This document shows positions 52,101-63,021 of a DNA stretch of 64,000 nt, in pieces. The stretch's first letter is position 1; every line of letters begins with the position of its first letter. The stretch is from an uncultured Acidimicrobiales bacterium (GTDB lineage Bacteria; Actinomycetota; Acidimicrobiia; Acidimicrobiales; CATQHL01), in assembly GCA_958295925.1 (NCBI GenBank), contig CATQHL010000001.1:1249753-1313752 (forward strand). The letters are read 5' to 3'. The translations under genes were made by a program, and so were the position numbers. The notes below the pieces were generated by a model, which had not been told where the DNA came from, ran no database searches, and saw only the letters and a program-made list of their open reading frames with translations.

Positions 52101-53302
52101 AGGTTCCGTTCGTAGGCCACGATGGCTGATATCTGCTCGTCCGTGAGCAAGCCGGCGCGCTCACCGCAGAAGTCGTTTCGCTTGATGCGGTCGCGCTCCG
52201 ATGCGTCACGGTCGCCCACGCATTCGCCGAACGACGGCATCTGACCGCCGCCGTCACCCTGCCCAAAGCTTCCGTACTTCACTCCGTTCTCGCTCCCGCT
52301 GGAAACAAAGTCCTCGTGCTCGGCCACAGTTGTGAACTGACGCAGCGTGGCGCCGTTGGCCAAGGGTGGACCAAACGCACCGCCGCCGGAAACCTCTGAA
52401 GGAATGAGGGGATTCGCCTCCGCGTAGTCGTCGGCGTCGTACACCCAGCCTGGGGTGTGGCAGCGTGCGCAGCCAAACACCCCGCCTTCGTATTCGTTGT
52501 TGAAGAGCATCTCCCCAAGTCGAGCGGGATCGTCGGAAGCCCCCGACAGGATGTCCCGCGCAAGATCATCCACCTCCTGCGCGGACGCCTCAGCGCCGAG
52601 TTGATCGCGAGCCTGGCCTCGCGCCTGGGACTCCAGGCCGTCCTGCAGCCTCTGGCGAACCTCGGCTATGTCTATCTGCTCGTGCTCTATGTAGGCCAGG
52701 ATCTCGTCGATCTGCTGGGTGCTGAAAGGCCCGCCGCCCGGGGATCCCCAGGCGGGCATGGGGGTGTTGGGGCGTCCGAAGTCAAGGACATAGCGAACTT
52801 CCTCTGAGGAGTAGCGGTAGAGCACGGCGGCCAGCGATGGCACCTTCCAGCTCACCTGGGCGAGAAATGCGCCGTTCTCGTCCACCAGCGTGTGGTCGCG
52901 GAAACCGCCCGGCCCGTCCACAGTGCCGTGGCATGTTGCACAGCGCTCCTCGTAGAGCTCCTCCCCCCGGTGAACGGCGGTCTCGTCGCTGAGTTCAATC
53001 AGCCCTTCCTGGCGGCCCGGCTCGCCCAGCCAGTAGAGAGGCAGGCCAATGCTGATTATCACGATGCAGACCAGACCCGCGCCCAGGCTTTTGTCGAGCT
53101 TCTTCCCCTCCAGTTCCTCGTCGGCCAGATACGGACGACGGTTCAGCGCCAGCTCTGCTTCAGACCCTGCCTCTCTGCGCCCTGACAACCAGTTGAAAAT
53201 CCAGTAGCTGATAAACCCGCCGATGGCCACGGCGGCCAGCACCACGCCAATCGTGCGCTGCGTGGATGCTGCGAACACAACCCCGGTCAAGTTCTCATCC
53301 AC
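52097..53302 (-). CDS. Membrane-anchored diheme cytochrome c
   Basis: CATCH and CARCH heme motifs, MPAW and MPSF Met ligand candidates, two TM helices. Confidence 0.88.
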   Translation of the reverse strand: MDENLTGVVFAASTQRTIGVVLAAVAIGGFISYWIFNWLSGRREAGSEAELALNRRPYLADEELEGKKLDKSLGAGLVCIVIISIGLPLYWLGEPGRQEGLIELSDETAVHRGEELYEERCATCHGTVDGPGGFRDHTLVDENGAFLAQVSWKVPSLAAVLYRYSSEEVRYVLDFGRPNTPMPAWGSPGGGPFSTQQIDEILAYIEHEQIDIAEVRQRLQDGLESQARGQARDQLGAEASAQEVDDLARDILSGASDDPARLGEMLFNNEYEGGVFGCARCHTPGWVYDADDYAEANPLIPSEVSGGGAFGPPLANGATLRQFTTVAEHEDFVSSGSENGVKYGSFGQGDGGGQMPSFGECVGDRDASERDRIKRNDFCGERAGLLTDEQISAIVAYERNL

Positions 53303-53342
53303 CCGATGCGAATTACCTCTCCGTCACAACCGATTTGCGCGC

Positions 53343-54185
53343 CTACTCCGCCTGGCCGATGCAATTCGGCCCCTGGGCTTCCTGGCGGGTCGTATCGGTT
53401 CCTACGGGTCTGCCTGGAATGATCTTCCCGGTGTTCACCAGGAACTCGCCGCGTTCATTGACCGAGGTGGCGAAGTGGTCCATTCCCCTCGGAGCCGGCC
53501 CACCACGCTTTTCCCCCACCTGGTTGTACTTGGAGCCGTGGCAGGGGCACTCGAACCACTGTGAGCTGACGCAGGATGGAACCGTGCAGCCCAGGTGAGG
53601 GCACTTCCAGTAAAGGGCCACCAGGCCCGACTCCATGCCCCCCAGCACGTCCCGCGAATAGACCTCCCTCGCCTCGGGCAGGGCGCTCTCGGGATATTCG
53701 GTTATCCACATCCGGCCCTCGGGCACCTTCAAGAAGCCGTTCTCGCCTCGAACCTGTGTCTTGATCTCATCCACCTTGCCGGCGTTAACCACCGAGCCGA
53801 AGCCAGTCACGAACGGCGGCCAGAGGAACGCCAGCATGGACGCCCCGAAACCCGACAGCCCCAGGGTCATGAACCCCACGATGGAGCGGTTGAGGAACTG
53901 CCGGCGCGACACCCCGATGGCCTCCTCGTCGGGCTTCACCCAAGGCGCCTCCGCAGGGGGGGCGACGGCAGGGGGCTCGTCCGCAGCGCGGCGTGCAAGG
54001 ACTGCCGCCCTCTCAACCTCGCGGCCGCTGAGCGGCGCGCCCGTCGGGGAAGCCGCCTTTCGACTGCGGCGAGACGCCCCACGGGGACGCGACGCCCTCC
54101 GTGTGTCGCGCCGCTGGTAGACGGCAAGGATCAGAATGACCGCCGCTACGGTCAACAGCGGGATGACTATCGCCAGAACGATCAT
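53343..54185 (-). CDS. Rieske [2Fe-2S] subunit; start adjusted to ATG 54185
   Basis: SRRQFL Tat motif plus TM helix; CPHLGC and CPCHGS. Confidence 0.92.
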   Translation of the reverse strand: MIVLAIVIPLLTVAAVILILAVYQRRDTRRASRPRGASRRSRKAASPTGAPLSGREVERAAVLARRAADEPPAVAPPAEAPWVKPDEEAIGVSRRQFLNRSIVGFMTLGLSGFGASMLAFLWPPFVTGFGSVVNAGKVDEIKTQVRGENGFLKVPEGRMWITEYPESALPEAREVYSRDVLGGMESGLVALYWKCPHLGCTVPSCVSSQWFECPCHGSKYNQVGEKRGGPAPRGMDHFATSVNERGEFLVNTGKIIPGRPVGTDTTRQEAQGPNCIGQAE

Positions 54186-54288
54186 GGCGACGCCTGAAAC
54201 CCCTCCCCGCCAAGCAGTCGCCAAAGCGGCCTGCGAGTGGAAGTCGGCGCGAGCATTCCAGCGAAGTGGGGCGGCGGGAGAGGCAACA

Positions 54289-55101
54289 TCAGAAGTCGAA
54301 GAACAGACCGGCTTGCCACGGGAAGATGAAGTTGAATCCCGGGCCTCTGAAGAACGACCCGATTATCACCAGGACGGCCCAAAACATGAGGTGGATGGTC
54401 ATCAGAGACACGGCGAATTTGCGCTTCTCAGGGGCATTTTCCTTGTTGCGGTCGATGTAAGGGGTGAGGATGAGCAGGAACAAGGCGATGCCTGGGATCG
54501 TCACTCCGGCGACCATCGGGTGAAACATCGTGAGCAGTTCCTGCAGCCCAAGGAAATACCAAGGGGCCTTGGAAGGATTCGGTGTCTCGTTCACGTTGGC
54601 CAGCTCCAGAAGCGGAGCGTTCACAAAAATCGAGAAGACCAGCAGGAAGGCGGTTACCAGTAGCGCCGCCACGAACTCCACAAGCAGGAGGTGGGGCCAC
54701 ACATGCACCTTGTCGGAGGGCTTGGCTTTGACGTCCTGTATGGATCCTGACTTGACCACGGTGAGAAGCCGCTGGGTGTGGCCCCCTGGGCCAGTGGGGG
54801 TGATCCCCGCCGGGGGCGGGGCTGCCGGGGGAGCAGGGGGCGGGGCGGCTGCCGGGGGCATCGCCTGTCGATCGGCGGCTGAACGGCTGCGGTCCAGCAG
54901 GTGGGGCGGAATCTTCCCTGATCCTGAGGCGGCCCCTGCGGGGGTTCCGGGGGCGGGGGAGACGACAGCCGGTGTTGGCGGCTGTTGAGAGGAAGCTGCT
55001 GGGGCTGCTGAGGCTGCCGGCTCTTGCCCGGAGGACTCCCGCTCCAGGCGCTCCCTGGCCTCTTTTGCCCGCTTTAGCAGGTACTCGGGAACTTCTACCA
55101 T
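54289..55101 (-). CDS. Cytochrome b C-terminal half (subunit IV-like) with Pro/Ala-rich N-terminal extension
   Basis: VWPHLL, ETPNPSKAPWYFLGLQELL, LTPYIDRN...KRK. Confidence 0.85.
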   Translation of the reverse strand: MVEVPEYLLKRAKEARERLERESSGQEPAASAAPAASSQQPPTPAVVSPAPGTPAGAASGSGKIPPHLLDRSRSAADRQAMPPAAAPPPAPPAAPPPAGITPTGPGGHTQRLLTVVKSGSIQDVKAKPSDKVHVWPHLLLVEFVAALLVTAFLLVFSIFVNAPLLELANVNETPNPSKAPWYFLGLQELLTMFHPMVAGVTIPGIALFLLILTPYIDRNKENAPEKRKFAVSLMTIHLMFWAVLVIIGSFFRGPGFNFIFPWQAGLFFDF

Positions 55102-55110
55102 CGTCTCCGC

Positions 55111-55878
55111 CTACAAAGGCCCGGAGATTCCGCCGTCTTTGCGCACCCGCCAGAAGTGGACGGCCAGAAAGATGATCAGCACAAACGGCAGCATCAGCAC
55201 ATGCAGCACATACCATCGCAGCAGAGTGTCGGTGCCAATCTCAGGCCCGCTCAGCAGCACAAAACGTACCTGATCGCCGAAGACAGGCGTGAAGCCCATC
55301 ATGTTGGTGCCCACCGTCACCGCCCAGAGAGCCAACTGGTCCCAGGGCAGAAGGTAGCCGGTGAAGGAAAGCAGGAGCGTGAGCGTCAGCAGAATGACGC
55401 CGACGACCCAGTTGAACTCCCGAGGTGGCTTGTACGCCCCGTGGTAGAAGACCCTGGCCATGTGCAGAAACACTGTCAAGACCATCAGATGCGCCCCCCA
55501 GCGGTGGATGTTGCGCACCAGCAGGCCGAAGGCCACCTCCGTCTGCATTATGTAGATGTCGTCCCAGGCCTGAACCGCCGTAGGACGATAAAAGAACATG
55601 AGAAAAATGCCCGTGATTGTTAGCAGGATGAACAGAAAGAAGCTCAGACCGCCCAGGCAGAGCGTGTAGCTCACCCGCACGCCGTGCCGGCGCACCTTCA
55701 CCGGGTGAAGGTGGTAGAGCACGCTGTTCATTATCACGTACGACCGGTTTCGCGGGCTGTCGGTGTAGCCCTTGCGGAAGATGGAACCTGGGCGGAAGAT
55801 GGAGTTCCACGCCTGCGAGCCCTTTACCCGCCCGCCAAGCTGTTTGAGGTCTTTGGTTGTTGGAATCTTTGGCGGCAC
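55111..55878 (-). CDS. Cytochrome b N-terminal half (b6-type)
   Basis: CLGGLS, TGIFLMFFYRP, RNIHRWGAHLM...LHMARV, GYLLPWDQ, YVLHVLMLP...VHF. Confidence 0.92.
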   Translation of the reverse strand: MPPKIPTTKDLKQLGGRVKGSQAWNSIFRPGSIFRKGYTDSPRNRSYVIMNSVLYHLHPVKVRRHGVRVSYTLCLGGLSFFLFILLTITGIFLMFFYRPTAVQAWDDIYIMQTEVAFGLLVRNIHRWGAHLMVLTVFLHMARVFYHGAYKPPREFNWVVGVILLTLTLLLSFTGYLLPWDQLALWAVTVGTNMMGFTPVFGDQVRFVLLSGPEIGTDTLLRWYVLHVLMLPFVLIIFLAVHFWRVRKDGGISGPL

Positions 55879-55915
55879 GGGTGTCTGTCAGTCTTTCTTC
55901 GCTTTGAGGTCCGGT

Positions 55916-56332
55916 TCAGGCAAGCCGCATGCCGTAGCCGTAGCCGTAGCTGGCCATCCGCTGATGAGTGTCGCCGCCCGGCGGCGCCTCCCCGACCTTT
56001 CCCATGATGATCACTCCCGTCGGGCAGCGGTCTACGCACAGCGCGCAACGAGTGCATACGTCGTCATCGATGGTAAAGATCACGTGGTCGGAGGGGTCGG
56101 CCCCTGGTCGCTCCGTTCCTATGGCCATGTCCACGGCGTCCGGCGTAACCATGTGAATGCACTTCCAGGGACAAATGTCTACGCACCCTTCGCACATGAT
56201 GCACTCAGACTGGTCAATGTGGATGAACTGCTTGGGCTTCACGGCTTTTGAGAGCCACCCTGCGTCAACCTCGGCTAGAACGTAGTCGTCCCGAAATTCG
56301 GGCATGGGGGGGTTTGCATCGGTGCGCGCCAT
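55916..56332 (-). CDS. 2x[4Fe-4S] ferredoxin; start adjusted to ATG 56332
   Basis: CIMCEGCVDICP and CTRCALCVDRCP; no signal peptide. Confidence 0.9.
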   Translation of the reverse strand: MARTDANPPMPEFRDDYVLAEVDAGWLSKAVKPKQFIHIDQSECIMCEGCVDICPWKCIHMVTPDAVDMAIGTERPGADPSDHVIFTIDDDVCTRCALCVDRCPTGVIIMGKVGEAPPGGDTHQRMASYGYGYGMRLA

Positions 56333-56961
56333 TAGCCCTCCTCGTCTCTGCGCAGTGGGCGCCCGTAGGCGGACGCCGGCACTGGGGCCGCTACGGCTGC
56401 GCCGCCGCGGCTCTGCCAAATTTTTCCAAGCACTATCTGTCCTGTCAACGCCAGTCCGTAAATGATCACGGCCACGATGTCCCGCACCACCCGGTAGTTC
56501 ATTTCGAATGGCAGGGCCCAGGAAAGCAGACCCTCCCCCTCAGACCACCAGGACGGCAGGATGGGCCCTACAAGGAACCTGTCCTGTCGCCAGTTCAGCT
56601 CGTTGTCGGCGAAGGCCAGCCACCAATGCGGAACCACGCCGTAGACCCAGAACATCAGGAAGAACGCCAGCATCGCCCCCACCATCGCCTGCCCCCAGGT
56701 CACGGGGGCGCCCGCAGGGCGGCGCCTGGCGTATTCGACGGTCAAGGTCACCCCGATGAGGAAAACGACCCAGGAAGCCGTGAACGCCACGTTCAGGTAT
56801 GGCGGACGCGCGTCACCCGTGAGCCCGATCCACAGCATCAAACCGCCAAAGAGCAGGACGGTGCTGCCTATGGAGGCACGGTGGAATTTCTTGGCTGCGA
56901 CATCGACGGGGCGGATTTCGGCCACTCTGCTTGTGCTCCTGCTGCTCCTTGTTGCTCTCAA
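56332..56961 (-). CDS. Membrane protein of unknown function (start uncertain)
   Basis: About four hydrophobic segments, Trp-rich; stop overlaps the ferredoxin start. Confidence 0.7.
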   Translation of the reverse strand: MRATRSSRSTSRVAEIRPVDVAAKKFHRASIGSTVLLFGGLMLWIGLTGDARPPYLNVAFTASWVVFLIGVTLTVEYARRRPAGAPVTWGQAMVGAMLAFFLMFWVYGVVPHWWLAFADNELNWRQDRFLVGPILPSWWSEGEGLLSWALPFEMNYRVVRDIVAVIIYGLALTGQIVLGKIWQSRGGAAVAAPVPASAYGRPLRRDEEG

Positions 56962-57110
56962 TGGTGCTGTTCGTAACGTCGACCTAAGCGCCCGATGCTA
57001 ATTGCACGCCTAAGTTATTCTGCCCCCGCCCGGTACCGGCGCGCTGTCAGCACGCAACCACCATCAACGGTTTTCCCACCAGACAGTTGGCACTGGTGTC
57101 ACCCGCCCGC

Positions 57111-57128
57111 TAGTGAAAAAGCTCACAA
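57111..57128. promoter_or_regulatory. Rex-like (or CRP/GlxR-like) operator
   Basis: TAGTGAAAAAGCTCACAA has 2 mismatches to TTGTGAA-N4-TTCACAA; lies in the divergent promoter region. Confidence 0.6.
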
Positions 57129-57284
57129 GAAGCTTATCTTTAGGGCAGTGCCTGCACGACATTACATCCACCCGCACGTCCCCGTGCCTCACAAGATGCC
57201 AAGCCCGGGGCCATTGCCTGTGGCATCAAGCCCCCTCGCTAGGATTTGCCTGGCCAGTAATTATTCCGACAGCACCGAGAACAC

Positions 57285-58109
57285 GTGGTAGAAGTCCCCG
57301 AATATCTCCTAGAGCGCTCGCGCATCCGACGACAGGAACTCACCGGCATCGCAGGGCCGGCTCCTGAGGCGTCTTCACCCAGCGGTGCGGCGCCCGCAGC
57401 CGCCGCACCTGCAGCCTCTCAACCCTCGCTGCCAACCCCGGTCCCCTCGCCGCTGCCCGACATTCCCCCGGCGCCCCCGCCGCCCCCGGCGCCGACGCCC
57501 AAGCCGTGGATCCAAGCAGCCCTAAGCCGAAACAGGATTCCCTACTGGGTGATGCCCGTGCTCTTGTTCCTGCCCATTTGGGCATACATCTACGTGGGGA
57601 CTCTTGAAGAACCCACCAGGGCGGCAACCGGAATTATGGCTGAGGGCCTGGAGGTCTTCGGTGCCAAGTGCGCTGCCTGCCACACCGCATCGGGCGGAGG
57701 TTCGAGCAGCGGACCCAAGCTCGACGACGGCGAGGTTCTGCTGACCTTCCCGGACGACCCCGACAACCTCGGGCTGGCGCAGCAGGTCCACTGGGTAGTC
57801 CAGGGAACAAACGGCATCGGCGAAGGCAATCCCTACGGGGCAGCCGAGAGGGGAAGGCTCGCAGGCTGGTTCGCCAACATGCCTGGCCACGCCGACGATT
57901 TGACGGCTCGCGAAGTCCTGGCAGTCGTGCTCTACGAACGGGCAGCACACGGCGCAAGCGAGTTGGCGGCCACCCTTGCGCCCGTCGCCGAGGAAGCTCT
58001 CAACGACGAAGCGCTGGTCTTGCCCGAGCACTTCACCGAGGAGACCTCCGTCGCTGACGTGGCCGACCTCCTGGCGCCGCTGATGCCGTCGGGCGAAAGC
58101 GAGTCCTGA
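57285..58109 (+). CDS. Membrane-anchored monoheme cytochrome c
   Basis: Pro-rich N-terminus, TM helix, CAACH, NMPG. Confidence 0.85.
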   Translation: MVEVPEYLLERSRIRRQELTGIAGPAPEASSPSGAAPAAAAPAASQPSLPTPVPSPLPDIPPAPPPPPAPTPKPWIQAALSRNRIPYWVMPVLLFLPIWAYIYVGTLEEPTRAATGIMAEGLEVFGAKCAACHTASGGGSSSGPKLDDGEVLLTFPDDPDNLGLAQQVHWVVQGTNGIGEGNPYGAAERGRLAGWFANMPGHADDLTAREVLAVVLYERAAHGASELAATLAPVAEEALNDEALVLPEHFTEETSVADVADLLAPLMPSGESES

Positions 58110-59347
58110 CGCGCCGCGACCTCATCGTCGTGGGTGGCGGCCCGGCCGGGGCCTCCGCCGCATACTGGGCAGCCTCAGCCGGTCTTGACGTGCTGGTTCT
58201 GGAGCGAAAGCACTTTCCCCGACCCAAGACCTGCGGCGACGGTCTCACCCCTCGCGCCGTCAAGCAACTCACCGACATGGGCCTGGCAAAGACCCTGAAC
58301 GGCTACCACCGCTTCAAGGGGCTTCGAACCTCAGCTCACGGGCAGACGCTCTCCATGCCCTGGCCAAAGCATTCCATCTACCCGCCCTACGGGTACGTGG
58401 CCGTCCGAAGTTCGCTGGACCAGGCGGTGCTGAGCCGCGCTGCCGAGGCCGGGGCTGAAGTCCGGTTCGGGGCCGAAGCCACTTCGCCGCTGTTGACCGA
58501 CGGCCTTTGCGGGGGGGTGGCGGTGCGCTACCGAGAAGACGGGGGGAACGAAGACATCCCGGCCCGTTACCTTGTAATCGCCGACGGCGCCAATTCCCGC
58601 ATAGGGAGATTCCTGGGATGCAGTCGAGACCGCTCATTTCCACAGGGAATGGCAATTCGCACCTACTTTGCCAGTCCGCTTCACGCCGACCCCTGGATAG
58701 AAAGCGTGCTCGACGTTCGTGATCGCAACGGTGATTCCCTGCCAGGCTACGGATGGGTCTTTCCCCTCGGGGACGGCACCGTGAACGTCGGGATAGGTCT
58801 GCTTTCCACCTACAAGGGCTTCCGATCGGTGAACACCTCCTGGCTGATGAAGGAGTGGGCCCACGCTCTTCCCGGTCACTGGGAAGTCGACCCGGAAGCC
58901 CCCGTATCCCCGCCGACGGGTGGACGGCTGCCGATGGCCGGCTCGATTCAGCCCAAGGCCGGGCCTAATTTTCTGGTTGTCGGCGACGCGGCGGGCTCCG
59001 TCAACCCGTTTAACGGGGAAGGCATCGACTACGCCTACGAAACCGGGCGGTTGGCCGCGGAGTTGATATCGGAAGCCGTGATCTGCGACGACGGGACGGC
59101 CCTCTCCCACTACCCGGAACTCTTGGAGACGGAATACGGGCTGTACTTCAAGGTTGCACGCCTTTTTTCCTACTTGATCGGAAGGCCTGCCCTTATGGGG
59201 GAGCTGACCCGGCTGGGCATGCGCTCGCAAGTCCTTATGGAGGGGGCGTTCCGCATTATGGCGAACCTGATGCGCGAGGAAGAGCCAGGGGCGGCGGAAT
59301 ACGTCTACCGCTCCTTGGCCAGAGTCGCCAAGCTCTGGCCGGAGTAG
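58106..59347 (+). CDS. Geranylgeranyl reductase family protein (MenJ-like); probable CTG start
   Basis: DLIVVGGGPAG, FPRPKTCGDGLTPRAV, LPGYGWVFP, VGDAAGSVNPFNGEGIDYA. Confidence 0.85.
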   Translation: MTRRDLIVVGGGPAGASAAYWAASAGLDVLVLERKHFPRPKTCGDGLTPRAVKQLTDMGLAKTLNGYHRFKGLRTSAHGQTLSMPWPKHSIYPPYGYVAVRSSLDQAVLSRAAEAGAEVRFGAEATSPLLTDGLCGGVAVRYREDGGNEDIPARYLVIADGANSRIGRFLGCSRDRSFPQGMAIRTYFASPLHADPWIESVLDVRDRNGDSLPGYGWVFPLGDGTVNVGIGLLSTYKGFRSVNTSWLMKEWAHALPGHWEVDPEAPVSPPTGGRLPMAGSIQPKAGPNFLVVGDAAGSVNPFNGEGIDYAYETGRLAAELISEAVICDDGTALSHYPELLETEYGLYFKVARLFSYLIGRPALMGELTRLGMRSQVLMEGAFRIMANLMREEEPGAAEYVYRSLARVAKLWPE

Positions 59348-59406
59348 GCGACTGACCTCTGGCGCTATCGCAAGGTTTGGAAGATTCCCGTGCCAGGATT
59401 GACCCT

Positions 59407-60723
<1,317 letters not shown>

Positions 60724-60839
60724 CAGGGCCAGCGGCCTGGGAAGGCGGCGTTTGGCGTCGCTGGGCGGGCTCGGTGAAGCTCTTTTTGCGGCGACGGCTG
60801 GCGGCGGGGCGACAGCTGGCGGGGCGCTGACTACCTGGG

Positions 60840-61412
60840 ATGACTGCTGGCGATGGTGACACGGCGAGGAACGCTGGAGAAGATCGGCGGGTGCTGATGG
60901 CTGCTCTGCGTGGAAAGTGGCCGGAAGTGCCAGGTTGGACGCCGCCTGGCGCTGATGAGCGCCGCGAGATCATTGACCGCTCGAAGTCGGTCGCAGTGGT
61001 GGGCGCTTCGTCGAGGGCGGAGCGGGCCAGCAACTTCGTGGCCACCTATCTGCTGTCGTCGTCAACCGACTTCAACGTCTACTTCGTGAACCCCGCAGAG
61101 CGGAAGATTCTGGGCCTTCCCGTCTACCCGTCGCTGGCCGACCTGCCGATAATCCCCGACATCGTCGACGTGTTCCGCAGCAGCGAGCATCTGCCAGAGG
61201 CTGCCGCCGAAGCTGTAGCCGTCGGAGCCAAGACCTTCTGGACGCAACTCGGCCTCTGGAGCGTCGATGCCGCCCAAATCAGTTTGGATGCCGGGTTGGA
61301 GGTGGTGATGGACCGCTGCTTGAAGATCGAGCATGCCCGCTTCGCCGGCGGCCTCTCCTGGGCAGGCTTCGACACCGGCGTAATCTCCTCAAAACGTCGC
61401 CGGTTCCGCTAG
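60840..61412 (+). CDS. CoA-binding domain protein
   Basis: VAVVGAS, VNP, YPSLADLP, DIVDVFR, WTQLG, VVMDRCLKIEH. Confidence 0.88.
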   Translation: MTAGDGDTARNAGEDRRVLMAALRGKWPEVPGWTPPGADERREIIDRSKSVAVVGASSRAERASNFVATYLLSSSTDFNVYFVNPAERKILGLPVYPSLADLPIIPDIVDVFRSSEHLPEAAAEAVAVGAKTFWTQLGLWSVDAAQISLDAGLEVVMDRCLKIEHARFAGGLSWAGFDTGVISSKRRRFR

Positions 61413-61446
61413 ACGAGCAGAAACACCTAGATTTAGCCGATTTCTT

Positions 61447-62619
61447 TTATTCAAGTTTCTTGAAAATAACAACTCGATTTGAATTAGTGCCACACCTATT
61501 GTTGCTGACTCCCCACAAGTTAGATGTCTTTGTAAACGATTGTTGATTTATGAGAACTGCTTCCACTTTCAAAGGAATCCCATTGGCGGCTCGAACTACC
61601 TCACGCTCAAGTTGAACTGTTCCATTACGAACCTCGCCAACTTCAAAAGCAATCCGCCCACCCATGCGAACAACTCTACACATCTCGGCGAGAGCCAGAT
61701 GAATGAATGCTCTCCAATCCTCTGTTGAAGAATAGGGAGTCCACTTGACGCTTTCGGTGTTAATATTGGCAAACCAGCATCTCAGCCAGTTATCGCCACG
61801 ATAATCCACTACGTCAAGAAAAGGTGGAGATGTAACTACTAAGTCAACCGATTCATCGTCAAGGTAGAATAGATTGGTAGCATCCGCGCATTCGAGGGCA
61901 GGTGCATATTCATATGCAGGGGGAGTCCCCGAACGCAACAACGACTTGGATTTCTTGAGCACAATTGCTTTGATATCTCTTGGCGGGGGGATTTGTGAAT
62001 TCTTTTTGTTGATGCGTTTCTGAGATTCAATAGAAACTGCCTGATTAGGAGGCATTGTTCGCACTGAAAAGAATCCAGATGAATGACCACTAAGTCGATT
62101 AAGACATACCATTCGAATCCAGTCATCGATGTTATCAAAACATCCCTGTTTGATACGCTCGATGAAGCAATTCTTCAAGTTAAACAGCATCGAAAGCGTC
62201 TCGGGATGGTAAAACACAAGTAGCTCTTCATCTTCACTTAAAATTTCCGCTTCAGCAGTGATTTGATTGAGCCGTTTTTCCACTTCACTGAGGAGTGGGG
62301 GATTAAATCTTGGCCTCACTAGCAATATACTAAGTGGGTTAATATCACTTCCAGCTGCTCGTCTACCCATTATGTGGGCCTGTAAGGGAGTAGTACCGCG
62401 GCCCAGGAATGGATCTGCTACGAGATCTCCTGGCTCGGTGTATTTCTCAATAAAGTACTCTGGTAGCTGAGGTTTAAAGCAGGCGCGATAACTAATCTCG
62501 TGAAGACTGTGGCCTTGGCGCTGTCGCGATGTCCAAAACTCCTTGACTACTGGTTCATGGCCCTTTGCTTCAAAATTCTGCCTGGTCTCGAATAGTTGGA
62601 GTTTGTCTTTCGCACTCAT
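61447..62619 (-). CDS. Orphan alpha-order DNA methyltransferase (probably m4C)
   Basis: Motif I VADPFLGRGTT precedes motif IV DLVVTSPPF; AT-rich. Confidence 0.8.
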   Translation of the reverse strand: MSAKDKLQLFETRQNFEAKGHEPVVKEFWTSRQRQGHSLHEISYRACFKPQLPEYFIEKYTEPGDLVADPFLGRGTTPLQAHIMGRRAAGSDINPLSILLVRPRFNPPLLSEVEKRLNQITAEAEILSEDEELLVFYHPETLSMLFNLKNCFIERIKQGCFDNIDDWIRMVCLNRLSGHSSGFFSVRTMPPNQAVSIESQKRINKKNSQIPPPRDIKAIVLKKSKSLLRSGTPPAYEYAPALECADATNLFYLDDESVDLVVTSPPFLDVVDYRGDNWLRCWFANINTESVKWTPYSSTEDWRAFIHLALAEMCRVVRMGGRIAFEVGEVRNGTVQLEREVVRAANGIPLKVEAVLINQQSFTKTSNLWGVSNNRCGTNSNRVVIFKKLE

Positions 62620-62646
62620 CGTTAAACCATACTCACACTTCTGGGA

Positions 62647-63021
62647 TCATTCGCATTTTTTGGGTGGCACATCATCTATAAGGCAAAATCTAGCATGCAG
62701 TTGCTCCCAATTTGTCCGAGCTTTTTTCCCATCTAATACTACCATCCGTGCCTTGCTCTCAACTACGGCTTTACGCTCTGCCACTCGACGTTGAATCTTG
62801 CTATCGCGAGTTATTATCAAAAGACCCGACTCAGACACTGTTGGAATCCATTCCTCATCCGGAATGTTGGTAGTAGTTATGATACACTTAGGACGCAAGC
62901 GTTTGTGAATTTTAGCTCCCGGATCTCCTGGATACGTACAGTCAGGTCGCAACCCGGAAATTAGTTTCCCGAGACCGAGAATGTCGGCATCAAAGTAGAA
63001 GCGGACTTCTGCCTGTTTCAC
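62647..63021 (-). CDS. PIN-like (VapC45-type) protein, possibly C-terminally truncated
   Basis: RFYFDADI, PDEEWIP, LIITRDSKIQRR; overlaps the DUF433 stop. Confidence 0.7.
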   Translation of the reverse strand: MKQAEVRFYFDADILGLGKLISGLRPDCTYPGDPGAKIHKRLRPKCIITTTNIPDEEWIPTVSESGLLIITRDSKIQRRVAERKAVVESKARMVVLDGKKARTNWEQLHARFCLIDDVPPKKCE

